64,000 bases of DNA, taken from positions 31,186,001-31,250,000 of the forward strand of contig CM120642.1 of the NCBI GenBank assembly GCA_051362555.1, given 5' to 3'. The translations under genes and the position numbers were made by a program. This DNA comes from Lingula anatina. Lineage: Eukaryota; Animalia; Brachiopoda. Shown here piece after piece: positions 20,855 through 35,300 of the stretch. Within the stretch, counting starts at the first letter, position 1. The number at the start of each line of letters is the position of its first letter. The notes beneath the pieces are model-generated. The model did not search any database, was not told where the DNA came from, and worked only from the letters and a program-made list of their open reading frames with translations.

Positions 20855-22721
20855 TTTGTGCACCATTTACAAGCTTTTTTAAAAGTAAAATTATGATTTC
20901 CAAAAATAAAAAAATTATATAAATAAATAGACTTATTTGTTCATTATTTGCAATCCATATAATAGGTCGAAACTGCACAATGCTACAAGAATGTTACAAG
21001 AATATTAAACTAAAGTTAGGTAAGTATTAGTTATAACTATTATTTCTTAAACAATACTCTAAAAAGGGCCTTGAAAAGAATAACTTATAAAATTGTTCTT
21101 TAACGTTCAGTTTTGACAATTGCAACTTATAATTAACTTGAGTAAGAATTAAAATATCAAAACTAAATTGCTTCTGTTTTTAAAACAATTAACTAGGTTA
21201 AAGAGACCTAAAAATTAAGAAGACAGTAATTTATAAAATACTTCTGAAAACGGTCAGTTTTAACTATTGGAACTTTAAACTTGTTTCCTCTTAATGGTTC
21301 TACCTTTCTTTCATGCGATAAATGGCCCTTTGTTTATTTTGACGGCGAAATCTCATAAGTCGAATTTTGCTCTGTAATTTAGCAAATTATCATACAGGAG
21401 CTGAATGCAAAGTTTTTCACGCCTTCTTCAAATGGATATGATATAATAGATATCCGGTGCCCTCGACTTAGAAAGATCAGAAAAAGAGCAGACAAATTAC
21501 AGGTATGCTGTTCTCTCTATGATTGTGTCAACAATGATAACTTGACAACTATTGTGGTACTAGGACTCACTGAACAAATTAAAAATGGCTCTACCGGTAC
21601 CCTCTACTAGGGAGACAGATTGGTTTTTCACAAGATATTCACAGTCAGATATATCTTTCTAAACAGTCATTTCATTCTCTGCTTTTTCTCGGTTTTTTCA
21701 AAATTTCCCTATAACATCTGCCACCCTGGTAGCGGGTAAAGTGGCTCAGTGCAAGTGAATGTAACCTGCGTTACTTCTTGTACCCCACCAGGTGGCTCAC
21801 CTGCTGCAGTCAGTGCCAGGGGACAGTCTTTTTAACCATGGGTGCGGTAGGTGCATGATGTTGGTGCTCTCGTTTCAAATTCAAACAAGTACGTGATACG
21901 GGTGCTGGTTATATTAATACATGCGAATATGTAGGCCTGCACTTTGGCATTGTGTTGCAAACAGGCTTTGTAAATAATGCTATATTGATTATATTTATGA
22001 TATTGGCTGTGGTTGCATAGACAAAAAATGTTTACGGTTGTGACATTCAATTTCAATTATAAAGTATTTAGTCCGGCCGGATGAAATAATTAAATTATGT
22101 AGTAAACCTCATACAGGTGTGTGTAAGTGTCGAATTAAGAAAGTGCGTCTTTTTTCATGCATATCCCCACAATGTTGACAGTCCCTTTTTTTAAGATTCT
22201 AAGCATGCGTATCATGCTCCTTGTATTATACAGTAGATGACACAGACGTAAAACTATTAACATTTCTTCGAGTTCACCCTCCCCCCATTTATCGCCCCAG
22301 TTTTCATCCCAGCTGTTCTCTCATGGAGGGCAGTTTTTCTGTCTTAGTTTAAAAAAGATTAAATACTACTGATCCGTAGTGCAGTAATTTCATTTACAAG
22401 GTTTGACAATGGTAAGCAGATGACGTAGGCTTAACCCTCTCTTCTCTTAAAATAGACAGATTGTGTAGCGCCCCACGTGACCCCCCATTCACGACCCCTA
22501 TTGACTCATTATTTATTCAAGGGTTGACACAGAATATTGAACGCTGAGCTTTCCGTGTGCGCCTGCCATTAAACCTACTACAGAAAGAGATGTCTGGGAG
22601 GACCTCTACTTATGACTCTAAAGGCGTCCGCGGAGAATAGGGCCTAAAACACGACCTGGTGATTCACGACGGTTGGAAGAGGAAGGCGATCGCGCTTTGT
22701 GATGCCGGCTGAGGAGACAAT

Positions 22722-25700
22722 ATGAGGGTTCGGGCAACATGGATACCCCGCTTGGCAGCTTTAATAATCATCTTACCAGTACTGTGGATGCTTAACTTCC
22801 TGTCTTTCAATCCGTCGACCTTACCCAAAGGTGAGTTAACGAGCATTCCACACAGCGTTAATTAGCAACGTAAGACATACATCTTACCAGTTAAAGCCTT
22901 AATGTGTCGTACGTTTTGAAATTATCTACCTGCTACTTAAGAAGGCACACCTGTGCTACCTTAAACCCTTGTGTATCAAGATGTATGATATCTACGACAT
23001 GAGGACGAAGAACAAAATCATATAGACCAGATGGGCTTTGTATCTACATATGTACCTGTGTGGCTTAAACCGCGTACCTGGGCACTTAATATAGTACTTC
23101 AAAGTCACCATGATTTTAGCGTGAACTTTATAGTGTTTATCTTATACACAACCAAAGCATACAAGTCACCAGTGCTACTCTGCGGTATATGTATAACGTA
23201 GTGTTTTGAAGTAGTCTAGTTTGTTCTGTACATATTATTCAAAATCGTTTTTTATTATTCAGTGCAACCGTGCTCTCTTTGTCCACGCAGGTATTTCACT
23301 TTCGCATACATTGTGTACCAATGGCATGGATGAAACCTTGTCCTTTACGGACTCTTTAAGGGGTTATTTCCAGTGGTTATCCCAGTTCATCTATTTATCT
23401 TATATTGAAATTATATCATGGTGTCTCGTTAAAGATAACGTTGTCCTGAACGTGTCCAACGATGAATTAATAAATAATTATTTTAAGGTAAAATATTAAG
23501 TCTGTTGCAAATACATATTTACACTTGAAATTTCTTTTTTTTTAATTTTAATGGATGCAACACCTGCTAACACCTGTTTTACACTTCATAAATCAATACT
23601 CGAAAACTGTTATTTTTTATGTAAATAGGGCTAATTAGATTATATATTAAACATTTTATTTCAATATTATGATCACCAGTTATGGTAAATCTAATGGAGA
23701 AGAATAACCAAATTTTACGTTACGATCTTTTACAATTTAAGGAAATTATGTGTATTAAGAAATCATTAAAATTGAAAATGGCATTTATATCCCAAAAAGA
23801 TAACAACAATACCAACCGGGATATCATGAAACAGGGGTTCTAGATATTAAAATAAATGTAGGAATAAGACTTATTCGTCCTTATCGATTATTTATACCAA
23901 GCAGTATTGGGTTTTTAATAACTTGTCATGGTATTAATCCGGCATGAGAATAACTATGAGTTAAAGCGCATTTAAATTTAAGGTAGATTGTTTCCCAAAT
24001 ATTTCGATTTTTGTCAGTGTTATGGTGTTTGGGTGGAATTATACACAGTAACGTCTAGGGGTGACTTGGGGGTGAGCAACCCAGTTACAGGACACCAAAT
24101 GGCACCCACCAAGTTAAGTGACCTTATTCTAAACGGGTGACCTATTTTTTGGCAAAACAGAACAAGTAAGAAAAATCAAACATAGGACAGGACACGTCCA
24201 GAAATAACTTATAAGTTCAAGAAAACCTTATAGCTGTCAGGCTGATGTACAAACTAGAATACCCGGCTAAGTATTGGTCTCTCTCTCTTACTATGCCATA
24301 GTCGTGATAGGTGAGAGAGACAGCTCATCGGTTTTCTGTTGACTGAATATCCCTGCCTTTATATTAAGATAACCTCAGCCCAGCACAGACCTTAAGCTCA
24401 ATGTATGACATTATTATCAATTATAAACAAAGCTATAAGCATCCTTAAATATTTATAAGTATGAATAAACTAGAAAAACAGAATAACATAACATCTCACT
24501 CTGATTAAATCTGGCAAAGATGACGTCGTAAAATCGTAAATCCTATTTTTTTTTTCGAGTTTTAGTACTCGGTAAGATAATGTGCTGGGATGATAGTGCT
24601 GGGAACTTTTGAGGACGCCGGGAAATGCTGAGAGTTTTAATTAATTTATTTGTTTTTGGTGAAAACCAAGTATACCCGTGGCATGATGATTTGTCTTTTA
24701 TCTCTGTATGCCGCTTGTCGAAGCTGACATTAGATAACATGTAATGCTACACTCACGACCTGAGAGTTGAAGCTTGGGTGGGGTTTGTGAGCTTGCAATG
24801 TGGTATTGGTACTAGGTCGTATTCACAACCAAGATTGATCCGCGGACGAACTTTCCTCGGATCAATTGTGGCAGTCCCACTTGAACGCCTACCGCGCAAT
24901 CCCCGCACGGAATCTATTCAGTGTTTATTACGGGATAATGCGACAAGCTTTCAAGTGGCACGGCCATATTTCATCCGTGGTTTGTCTGTTTGGTAAGGAA
25001 ATTGGTTTTATTACTTTTCAAGAATCGTTTTGGGTTGTCTTTCTTAGGTTGGAAATCAATTTAATTGTGAACCTCTCTCCCTCTCTCTCTCTCTCTCTCG
25101 TGTTGAATGTTTTTGTTGTTAATTTCGACCAAACCCCATGCCTTAATATACACTTAGTAAATATTATCCGCAGTGCAAAAGTGTTATTTATGTCTATTTT
25201 GAAAAACTTTCCCAACCGCCATAATTATCTGTGTTATCCCTCCGGAGATACTCGTGATGTACAGCTGTGCTATATTTTCTGTATAAAAATATACAACCTC
25301 AATGACAACGACGCTACGTATGGTAAACTATATATAATTAGCATCTTTATCTTTGTCGGTCTATCGAAGCCACAGTTATCGGCAAAGAGCATTTGAAGTC
25401 GTAGTGGTAAACAGTGATATGCGGATTTCTTTTAGTGCTTCTCAGTCTGTGATAGAATAGAATAGAATAGAATGACAAATTAGCACCCTCTCAAAAAATA
25501 TAATATAAATAAATAAAAGACAGGAAGAAAAAGGGGCACAAAAATCGATTCTTATCTTAATAGTCTGTGGTTTTAGAAGTCACTTCGGGGGAAAGTGGTT
25601 TTAAGTTTGATAGACATAGACACGGAACAAAGACCAAACACGATCTTTTTATACAGTTTTGGTTTTCAAAACATGTAGGCCTAATGATAGAAATTCCAGG

Positions 25701-28700
25701 CGACAGTGTTTCTATCATCTAACAACACCTAAGGATAGAGTCACGAAGCAAGAATATTCGATAATGCAATATAGTCAAATCTTATTACGTCCCTGATTTG
25801 ACTGTCCGATATGCAGGCCATATTGCTCCTATGATGTAAGTCAAAGACGCCGGCATATATGAAACTGACTAGACGTGAGACATTGATGGTTGAAAATCCA
25901 CCGAATAACTGGAAAAATAGTGACTTCGTGGACTCTGTGTATAGCCAGCTGCAACTGATAAATACGTTCTAACAGTGTCAAATTCGCGGTCTTGGCGCTT
26001 AGATCGATTTTGTTTTGTGGGTCAGAACGCGTGTTGCTAAATTGAACAATCGTGTTAAATAAACGCAAGTGAATGATTGATTTAATTATTTCATCCGCTT
26101 TTACCCAAGACCGTGCCCATCAATGTTATTACTAAAATCGTTTTGAAGTAGAAATCTTTATGTGTTTCCAGCGTTCACTTCAGGTTACTCTGGTATACAG
26201 ATCTGAAAATAGGACCTTTTTGACCTAAGGCCTCGTTCCCATAGACACCATCGGTCTACATAAATCGATCCAACTCTGTGGGATTCTCCCCGAGAGCAAG
26301 CTGTTAAACTGAATGACACGCCTCCTCCTGGCGTAGAATACAGAAAAACAGTTGAGTATGCGAGTACGTTGGAAGCGTGTTAATCTGATAGTCTGGTTGC
26401 ATTCAGCGAGAGTCCCCGCGGATTTGGATCGTTCTACGAACACCGATGGTGTCTATCGGAAAGAGACCTAAGACGCAAGCTGTTTGGTAGGTCCAAGTGT
26501 TAAAACGGGAATGGCGTGGGTGGTAGGCCTACTTGCAAACGAATTGCCTTATTCTGGTGTTGATGTGGTGTGATCTGAAAACGCATTTTGCTGACATAAT
26601 GTTTGTGTGAAAGCCCACATTTGAATAAGGGCACATTTTTTGGCAAGTCAGTATGAAAATAAAATGACTTAAACCTGCCTTGGCCTCTACTTATTTTTTC
26701 ACATTCATTTGAACATGTAATATGAAAAAGAAAAAAAATGACTGTAGAAAATTTTGGAATTGAAAATAAATTGGGCATGAAAAGATCTGACAATCTTGGG
26801 TGGGCTTCAGGGACACGCATGCACCTTTCAGCAGTGCTTCTGTGATAGTTCAAAGTTCCAGTCACATTTTATATGTCACATGGTAGTCTGTGATCGTTGT
26901 ATTAACGAAACTCGGCTAGATATACACTACGTCTTCTACTCCTACCTATATCTTAAAGAAAAGAGAAAAATGATAGGAATTCGATAGGCCGTCAGGTCAT
27001 GATAGAGACGCAAACAGAGCACGTGTGTGGATGTTGATTGTGTGCTGTTATACTATTATATATACTGCCTCTATCCTATTCTAGAATTACACTGTTACAT
27101 ACACCGTCTCTATCCTGTGCTTTAGAATTACACTGAGACATTCACTTCCTCTATCCTGTGTCCTAGAGTTACACCATTTTTATTCACTGTCTCTCTCTCT
27201 CTATCTCATTGAGGGTGTTCTTTCCTGAATACCCGAAGAACAAAGGCATCATTTCAGGGTCATTTTAGGTTTATGTTCTTCTTCAGTTGACCTGGACTGT
27301 ATAGTATTACCTTACTGGTTGAACACGCGATTCTGTCATTCAAATGTGACACAACAACGCAGAAGACATAATACTAAATGTCTTACTTTATACACCTGTA
27401 ACAAGGTTTGGTGTCAATATGAAAATGCATTATTTGTTCAAGAAAAATCGCTCTTTTCTAAACGAGTGTCGAAAGGTTTTTGGTGAGGGAAATTCATTCC
27501 TGCAATGTATGGTTTTAAGTAACTTAAATAAACAAAATGACATATAAAAATTCTAAAAGTCTCTATGAGGCTTAGTTCTGTCCTACACCAGGGGTCTCCT
27601 CTGGCTGTTACATGTTTGGACAAAAGTCGTTCATCCTATTTTGTAACAGATAGAGGAGATCTGTGTAGAGTGTAGAAATGTTTGGTCAATTGTTAACAAA
27701 TAAATTCTTCACCATCAATTATTAAATATGCACCAAAGCCACCTAGTGTTACATGATTATAAAAAGGCTACAGGTGATTTTTTAAGTCGTATATTGATAC
27801 ATGTTGAACGACACTCAACGTTCCCTAGGATTAAAATATCAGGTATTTTTGTTAGGCAATGAAAAGTTCAGGACAATTGAGAATTAAAGAGTTTTTTATC
27901 ATTAAGAGATATTCATCATTATGTTACAGTCTGCGTCGGCAATAAACCTCGACAATCGTATTTGTGGCTTAAGTCAATGCACATCTCTTTTGTACACTGC
28001 AATGAAAATACCCGTGGTGTGTTGATTCTATGATTCCACAGAAGATGTGGAAGTAACGTTCTAAAAATCAATAACGACCTATTATTTCTCCACAACGTGT
28101 CTGAATATCCTTCCCTGTGTGTTCCCCCTATTAATGTGGTTTGAATCTATACTGATCGGTATTAACAAAACGGCCTTATTCCTTGCAACTAGAGAGAGGA
28201 GACGCATGCTTACCCCCCCCCCCTCCATTTTCCCCTACCCCATCATGCAATATTTCTATTAATCCCAAGTTAGGCTGTTAGAAATGGTTACACTGGGATA
28301 ACACAGGTAGATTGCAATCAAGCGCCTGCTATTTCCTGATAGGACTAGAACTGGTGTTGTGAGAACGGGTATGAACGCGTCGTATTCCTGAGCACAATCA
28401 CTTAAGGAAGCCCTATACCTGCTAGCTGTGCATCAAAAGATCAGATATTAGCATGGTTACCGGGTACCTAGATTATTGTCTACCAAGTGACCATAATCTA
28501 CCCGGTAGATTATTGTTGTCTTATTACTAAGCGTGCGTTTAAATGATTAATGACTTACTTCACTCTTGCATCAAAGCGCCAGTCAATGATGAGCAAACAG
28601 TTCACCGTTATTTCATTAAGAGTGCAGCTTAATGATGCGTGACTTGAAGCACTACAAAGCAAACTGCAACTACTCTGTTTACATCGTCATTATGCATTGG

Positions 28701-28834
28701 AAACAAGGTTTTAAGCTCGGGCGGGAGAAAGGAAGCTGTATTGTTTTAATAGGTTTAGTGACAAGATAAAACAACTTCTCAGCGTGGCATCGAGTGCACT
28801 GGTTTAAGTGCATTCAGAGGCCTCTCTCTCTCTC

Positions 28835-28877
<43 letters not shown>

Positions 28878-28879
28878 CA

Positions 28880-28913
<34 letters not shown>

Positions 28914-31900
28914 TCACTACACACACACACACACACACACACCCACACACTTTCACTACACACACACACACACAAACACACACACAAACACACACAACAC
29001 CAACGCATTTAGGAAAGATTAGCAAGCGTAACTTCCTGGCATTTGAAATCAAAAGGGCTGTAATATCACGTTAACAACAATAGAACCACGGTATGAAATA
29101 TAATAATGGAACCCTTTAATTTATTTATAGATTCACATAATAACAAGCCGCTAACAATATTTGCAACGAATGGTTGTATCAATAGAGACATACAAGACTG
29201 CTCACAATATGACAATAAAGTGCCATAACGTGTAGGCCCTACTTGGTCACATTTTGAACATAGAAGTAGACGCTTGAATGCAGCTTCTCGCTGTTTATCC
29301 CTTTTGTTTACCCGCAGATCATATAGGGAAATATGGTCCAAAAGCATAATTTAAGACTTTATCCTCTTTATACTAACGATCGATAGTCTAACCAGCTGCT
29401 AACTCAAATATACGCTGGACTGGTTATATTATGGTTATGTGTAAAGAAATTCTAATTTTTTAAAATTGGTTCAATTCCCAGAAAGGTTCGTTTTTGAGAA
29501 GAGGTATAAATTAGTTATTTCAATAACACTTTCCACAACCTTCAAAGTTATAGGCCCTAGACAATAAAATTCTAGGAGATCCCTTTGATCTGAAAAGAAG
29601 ACGCTCTGTACCTTTACCGCTTATGAAAATAATAACTCCTTACACCTTGACAAGTGCTCGTTTTTGATGAATATGAATTTGAACAAACAGTTATTCAATA
29701 ACTGGGAATCCAAAGTGTACTTTTGATTTATATTAAGCCTTCCGTAATAGAAAATGTGTTATAATCTCTATACCAATATTTTTGTTCGAGGAATGTGTTG
29801 AAGGCAGCCATGGGTGCATATGAAAATCATTACATGGATGGAAATGATGTGAAAAATTAATAACATTGGAGCTTTTGTACCGTGAACAAGTAGACATGAT
29901 CGACCTTTCCAAGAAACTAAACAAAATTTCGAACGGAATCACGAACTTGATGCATCAACCTTCTTCGATTAGCTTATCTGACGCCAACATAGAAATATCG
30001 TCTGTTTTGTTTCAAAAATAGCATTTTCTGAAATGGATTTACTTGCCATCTTGTTATTATTGACTGACAAATAGTTTGTTTCAGACATGCATATGTCCAT
30101 ACGTGTCCATAGCGGCATTATAAATACAGTGTGCACCATATGGGCTTCACGTAGATCATAACGATGCCATATTATACACAATAAGAGACCATTGAAGTCC
30201 GTTCTTAATTGCCGTGCCAGTTTATTTTCATAAATATCAAAATTTAATGTAATCTGTCAAATTTTCAAAGTTAAAGTAAAATATTTTTTAAATCCATATT
30301 TTAAATTTTCTTTCAGTTCACCCAATACAAATTCATAAAAATCCTTACGTGGCGAAATTTTGGCCCGCAATGTATACTCCATGAAACGATTATTGATCGC
30401 GTTTGCATTTTTTTTCCGCCAACACTCTCACTTCCCCTCCACATTTATAACACGCCAAGCAAATTTTTCGTCGTTCCAATGAAATTTATTGCTATATCTT
30501 TTTTTTATTCATTTTTCTTTAATATTTTAAGTACAGCATAGATCTTTTAAACATGCTAGTACAAATAGCGGTTATAAATCATACAACTCGCTTAATTTGG
30601 GAAAAATGACCCATAAAGGCTGTAACGTATAAAAAATGGCACAGGGGATTGTTAATGCTTTTTTACCTATCTTGTGATGCACTTTATATAAATCTAGAGG
30701 CGTTTTCTAAGCCTGTAATATTTTTTTCTCTGTTTATTTCTAGAAAACGAACTTATCTTGGAGGAAACCAAGTTGCGAGAACAGATTGCTGAACTGAAAA
30801 AACAACTGGAGGAAAGACGCTCACTGCAACATGAGACCCCAGGGGTGATAAAGGTTCCCGAAGCAAAGAGCACATCTCCGGAGCAAAGGTTTATTTCACT
30901 TTCACAAGATCGCGCCCCACTACCATCACATTACTGTAACCAAAATAACGTTATGGTAACGTTCTGATAGCGTTATGATAACGTGACCATAACATTAATA
31001 CAACAAAACGTTATGGCAACGTTACATTAGCGTTCTGTGTTTGCTTGGTAAAGTATACTGCCCCATGTGAAAAGGGCCTCAGTGCAATAGATTGATCCAA
31101 TGTATTACTTGTCAAGATAAGCATTATACAGAAACACTTATATTTAAACAAGCACACCTTTGGACAAATTGTTTTGGTAGAGTGTTGATAAACTACACTA
31201 CACGCATGCAAGTTGTCCTCCCGTCATTTATATATATAGCGGTAAAATTGGTCTTATCACAGTGCACTCCGTGATGGCCATATCCGGGTTCATGTTACAG
31301 TTTAGGGCACTTTGGGTTAAAATATTCCGACTGTTTACGAGACATACAGACCGATCACGGTACTCGAATAACAGCCCGTTCACAATGAAACTATTGTTTT
31401 ACGTAGATCGATCTAACTATGCAGGGACTTTTGCTGAAAGCAACCAGATTAACTGTTTCGAAGGCACTCGTGTAATCACCAGCTTTTCTGTATCTACTCA
31501 ACGCCAGGAAGAGTTAATCTGTTAAACTGATTGCATTCAGCGAGAGTCTCCGCAGGACGATAGCTCATTGAGAATGATCCCTAAGAGGCACGTAAGCCAG
31601 CTGAGAGTTACCGACAACAGGACATCAGAGTAACCGACATGGGCAGTTGACCTCATGAGATTATCGAAAAAGAACGTTTGGCGGATCTTTGCCGTCCTGT
31701 CTAGATTGCGTCCTGTCTAGATTCTGCAAGTCTTTTCGTAAAAAAAGAATAAAATCTGCAATGAAAAAGAAGTTTGGTAATTAGTGTAATATCAGATTTA
31801 ATATCAATAACGTTTTGAATATGCGTCTTAATGCTGTACCGTATAATTTATGTAATGCATTTGTTTGCTTGCAAAGCTGATATAAGACGTTTTAGCAGTG

Positions 31901-32280
31901 CTTTCGATGTAAGACATCGTTTTGTGATCATTATAACCTTACCACTGTAACTGCTTTTCAGTTTATTTTATTGTTTAAAAACTTATGTTTAATCAATACT
32001 TTACAGACTACCTGAAGCACACGTAGAGGTCGCCGCTGAGAGCCATAACGTGGCAGCCCACAATGCCTCCAAAGCCGCCCACCATGCCGTCCACGCAAAT
32101 ATCAAAAATGTCGACAGTTTCCCGCCAGCTGTGAGACTGGGACAAAACAGGACAGGAGGTATGACAGGGTTGTCGTAAAACAGGGTTGTCGTAAAACACA
32201 TAAAAAGGCGGGATGCAAAAACCAACATGAAATCTCCCTCTCCTTGTGCCCCTGTAAATGGATATTTCTTCATTTGAGAT

Positions 32281-32339
<59 letters not shown>

Positions 32340-35300
32340 TTAAGATTTCCTTTTCCTTTTCATACACTATAAATACACCTTATATAAAGTTATAATGCTG
32401 AAGGTTAAGGTTTGCTCAGAAAAAAATGATATTTAACCGGCAAACCAGGAATAAAGTGCTTGCAATTGATTAACAAATTGTTTTGAGAACTTATCATATT
32501 GCCTCCTCTCCACACTTGATTGGGGACATGTCGAGATGATGTATCGCATTTACGTTACAAATTTAATCTAGAGACCCTTTTCAGAGACTCATAAATGTTC
32601 TTTTGATCATGTTATATGACGTTTGCACTAAAATGATTTTTTTAATAAGCCAAACACGTTGGGCTTTAGATACGGGTCCTGAAATCTTAACGGTGAAGTA
32701 AATGGCTAGATTCCAAAGGCTTAACACATAGGTTCGTGACAAATAATTTGCATAATAGGCTGTCAAGCCGATAAGCAAACATCCCAAAACGTGATGGCAA
32801 AATTAGAAAATTGGGGGAAGCGGTACGTGTGACGTCACGCCTAGCATTCCACGAACGCCATAGGCAAATTGACAAATTGAAGCAATAAATGAAGAACTTA
32901 TCAGGACAAAATTACTTAAGGTTTCATTAGGTTATATTACAAAATGCGATTCAAGGACGGAACGACGGAAAGGAGAGACATTTGTTAATATATCCAAGAC
33001 GTGACAAGATAATTAAGATACGTTATCTCTCATACGGGACGGTTTCATTATGAGTGATGACGCGTCGTCTCATTCAACGTGCGAAGTTGTTGGCTTAATT
33101 TAAATCCTGAACTCATGTAAAGAAAAACATTTGGACCGAAAAGGGTAATTGATAATACGGTTATTTAAGTATAAATCTACTCTCCAACCACAGGGGTCAC
33201 CAGCTATTCTGTAATCTCTGACAAAATTTCAGAATATTTTTCAATTTTGTATCCTTCACCAGAGAACCTGAGTCGGCCCAATTTTTCGGGGGATTCTTGC
33301 TTAAGAGCAATCAGGGGAATCAACTTTATTGTCTGACACACCTCCTCGAGCAGCTTGGCTGTGTTTTGCTATTGTGTGCTGATTAAGCTGCATTTTAGCG
33401 AGGATTCCCTGCAGAGCTGGACCGACCAAGCTAGTACGATTTGTGGATCTGAATGAACTTGAACTCCGTATCTTGGCCTTGAGACGATTTTAAATTATTC
33501 ACTCCTTGTTAGGATCTAACTTGATGAACAGAAAATAACTTCTTAACGTGACGCCTGATATGGTCGATCATTGAAATTAAGTTATTGCGTTTCCTATGTA
33601 ATTAATGGTCCAACTAACGCTTTGCCTGTTAGCACGCTCCCCAGTGTCCTATTTATTGTCGGATTTTGATGAATGCTACTTTGTTAATAATATATTCTCC
33701 ATGGGCCGATCAAGTTGTTTTAAAGGCGGAAGGTTTCAAAATAACATTTTGTATTTCCTAAGGGGAAGGGGTGATTGGAGGAGTGTTTGAGCAAAAGGTG
33801 GACAAGGGCGATTATTTCACGGATAAGGTCGCTGATTTTTCAGTTTTCAGTCACAGTAGAATACCTAGATGATGCAACGCCGATGTCCCCCTGATGATGT
33901 TTCTTTTTTACAGTGTCGGTTGGCGGAGCAACAAAAGGATTATATTGGCTTGTCATGTTTAAACATTGATTCTGTTATCACATGGAAGAAAACGGAATTA
34001 TTTGAATGGCAGGTTCGATATATGAGACTTAACCAAACAAATTATCGCAGCTGCTACCTGCCCTAAGCTACGCATACAAACATATATACCAGACAGTATA
34101 AATCAGTAACTGATGATAGAGTCACCCAGTGCGTTTTGACAATCACCAAAAGATATCTTTGATTTAATAAAATATCAGATGTTGTCGGTCCGTGTAGTTC
34201 CTCAAGCATGGATGAGAGGCTTTCGTTTCACGCTTAGGGCTCATTCCCATTCTGCTTGCTACTCAACTTAATTTGTTAATTTCATTGCATTTAGCCAGAG
34301 TCCACGCGGAATTGGATCGATCTACGTAGAACCATAGTTTCACTGGGAAAAGGCCCTTAGTCTTGTGTGGGAGGATTTATTAAAAGTGTGTGCATTATAC
34401 TACATGTTGCATGGTTAGTGATTATAACCTGACTGGATAAGACCAGGTCCTTAGAGATAAAATACCTGTGTATACCGCCTAGTTTTTATAGGTATTTTGG
34501 TGAAATAAGTTCGGAATTATTTAAAAGCCAAGTGAAGCCCCACAGATTTAGATGGATCTTGTTAGCACGATGGGTTTATGGGAGCGCAGTCTAACAGAGG
34601 TGTCGAGCGGGGACATATCATATTATCTCTTGGTAGATAGTTTTGCATTAGAGCACAGGTCGAGAAGTCGTCGTGGGCTAGTGAAGTTCTCGAATAAGTG
34701 AAACAGGGGTCGGTTTCATAGAACAATCGCTCTGCAATTCTTTTTTCTATGGCTTCGCTGGAAGGCGTTTACGTTAGCGAGTTTATGCTTTATTAGACAA
34801 TCCCCAAATACTTTGGCCGTCTAGTCAGGCAAAATACGCATGCATTCGTCTTTGATTCATTCACGAAAGATCGACATCAAACCTGCCATACCATTATCCC
34901 AAAGTCTCATCTACATGACAGCGTATTGCCGTTATACTACTAGGGTCTGTTTCACAAAAGAGCTTTATCCCCAAAAGTGTCTTAACTTTAAGACCAAAAT
35001 TTCAATTTTGTTTGACCTAATATCAATCAGTTGTTTAATTTTAAACTAAAAATGAAACGGTGCATCTGTTTAAAGACATGAAATAGGGATTTCATTTAAA
35101 GATAATTCACTATGGATTTATCTTTAGCTAAAGTTGGCCAGAAATCTTTGGTCTGAAAGTTAAGACCCATATCTTTTGTGAAACGGGCACCTGTGCGTTA
35201 ATTTTCCCACCTGTGTAATGTTATCAGGGTAATACACATTGAGTCTGGCCAGTCGCTCCTGAGGGAGCACTTATGCCCACGTTTTTTTCCTTTTGCAAGG

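Noticed and set aside
22419-22510. CRE-like, E-box and AP-1 motifs upstream of the MGAT4 ATG as a Golgi-stress promoter
   Set aside because: Short motifs are expected by chance, and the match to the GASE consensus ACGTGGC is imperfect.
24866-25396. 176-aa ORF in MGAT4 intron 1
   Set aside because: It begins inside a MITE with a non-ATG start, crosses a (CT)n tract and has no recognisable domain.
27061-27200. Regularly spaced ~41-bp repeats as a CRISPR-like array (also 15757-15805, 51868-51928)
   Set aside because: These are contiguous degenerate tandem units without unique spacers, in eukaryotic intron context with no cas genes.
28794-29074. HTHT/CVCV-rich ORFs (also ~16625-16915, 43323-43595, 46648-46896, 58931-59301)
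   Set aside because: They are translations of (CA)n/(GT)n microsatellites.
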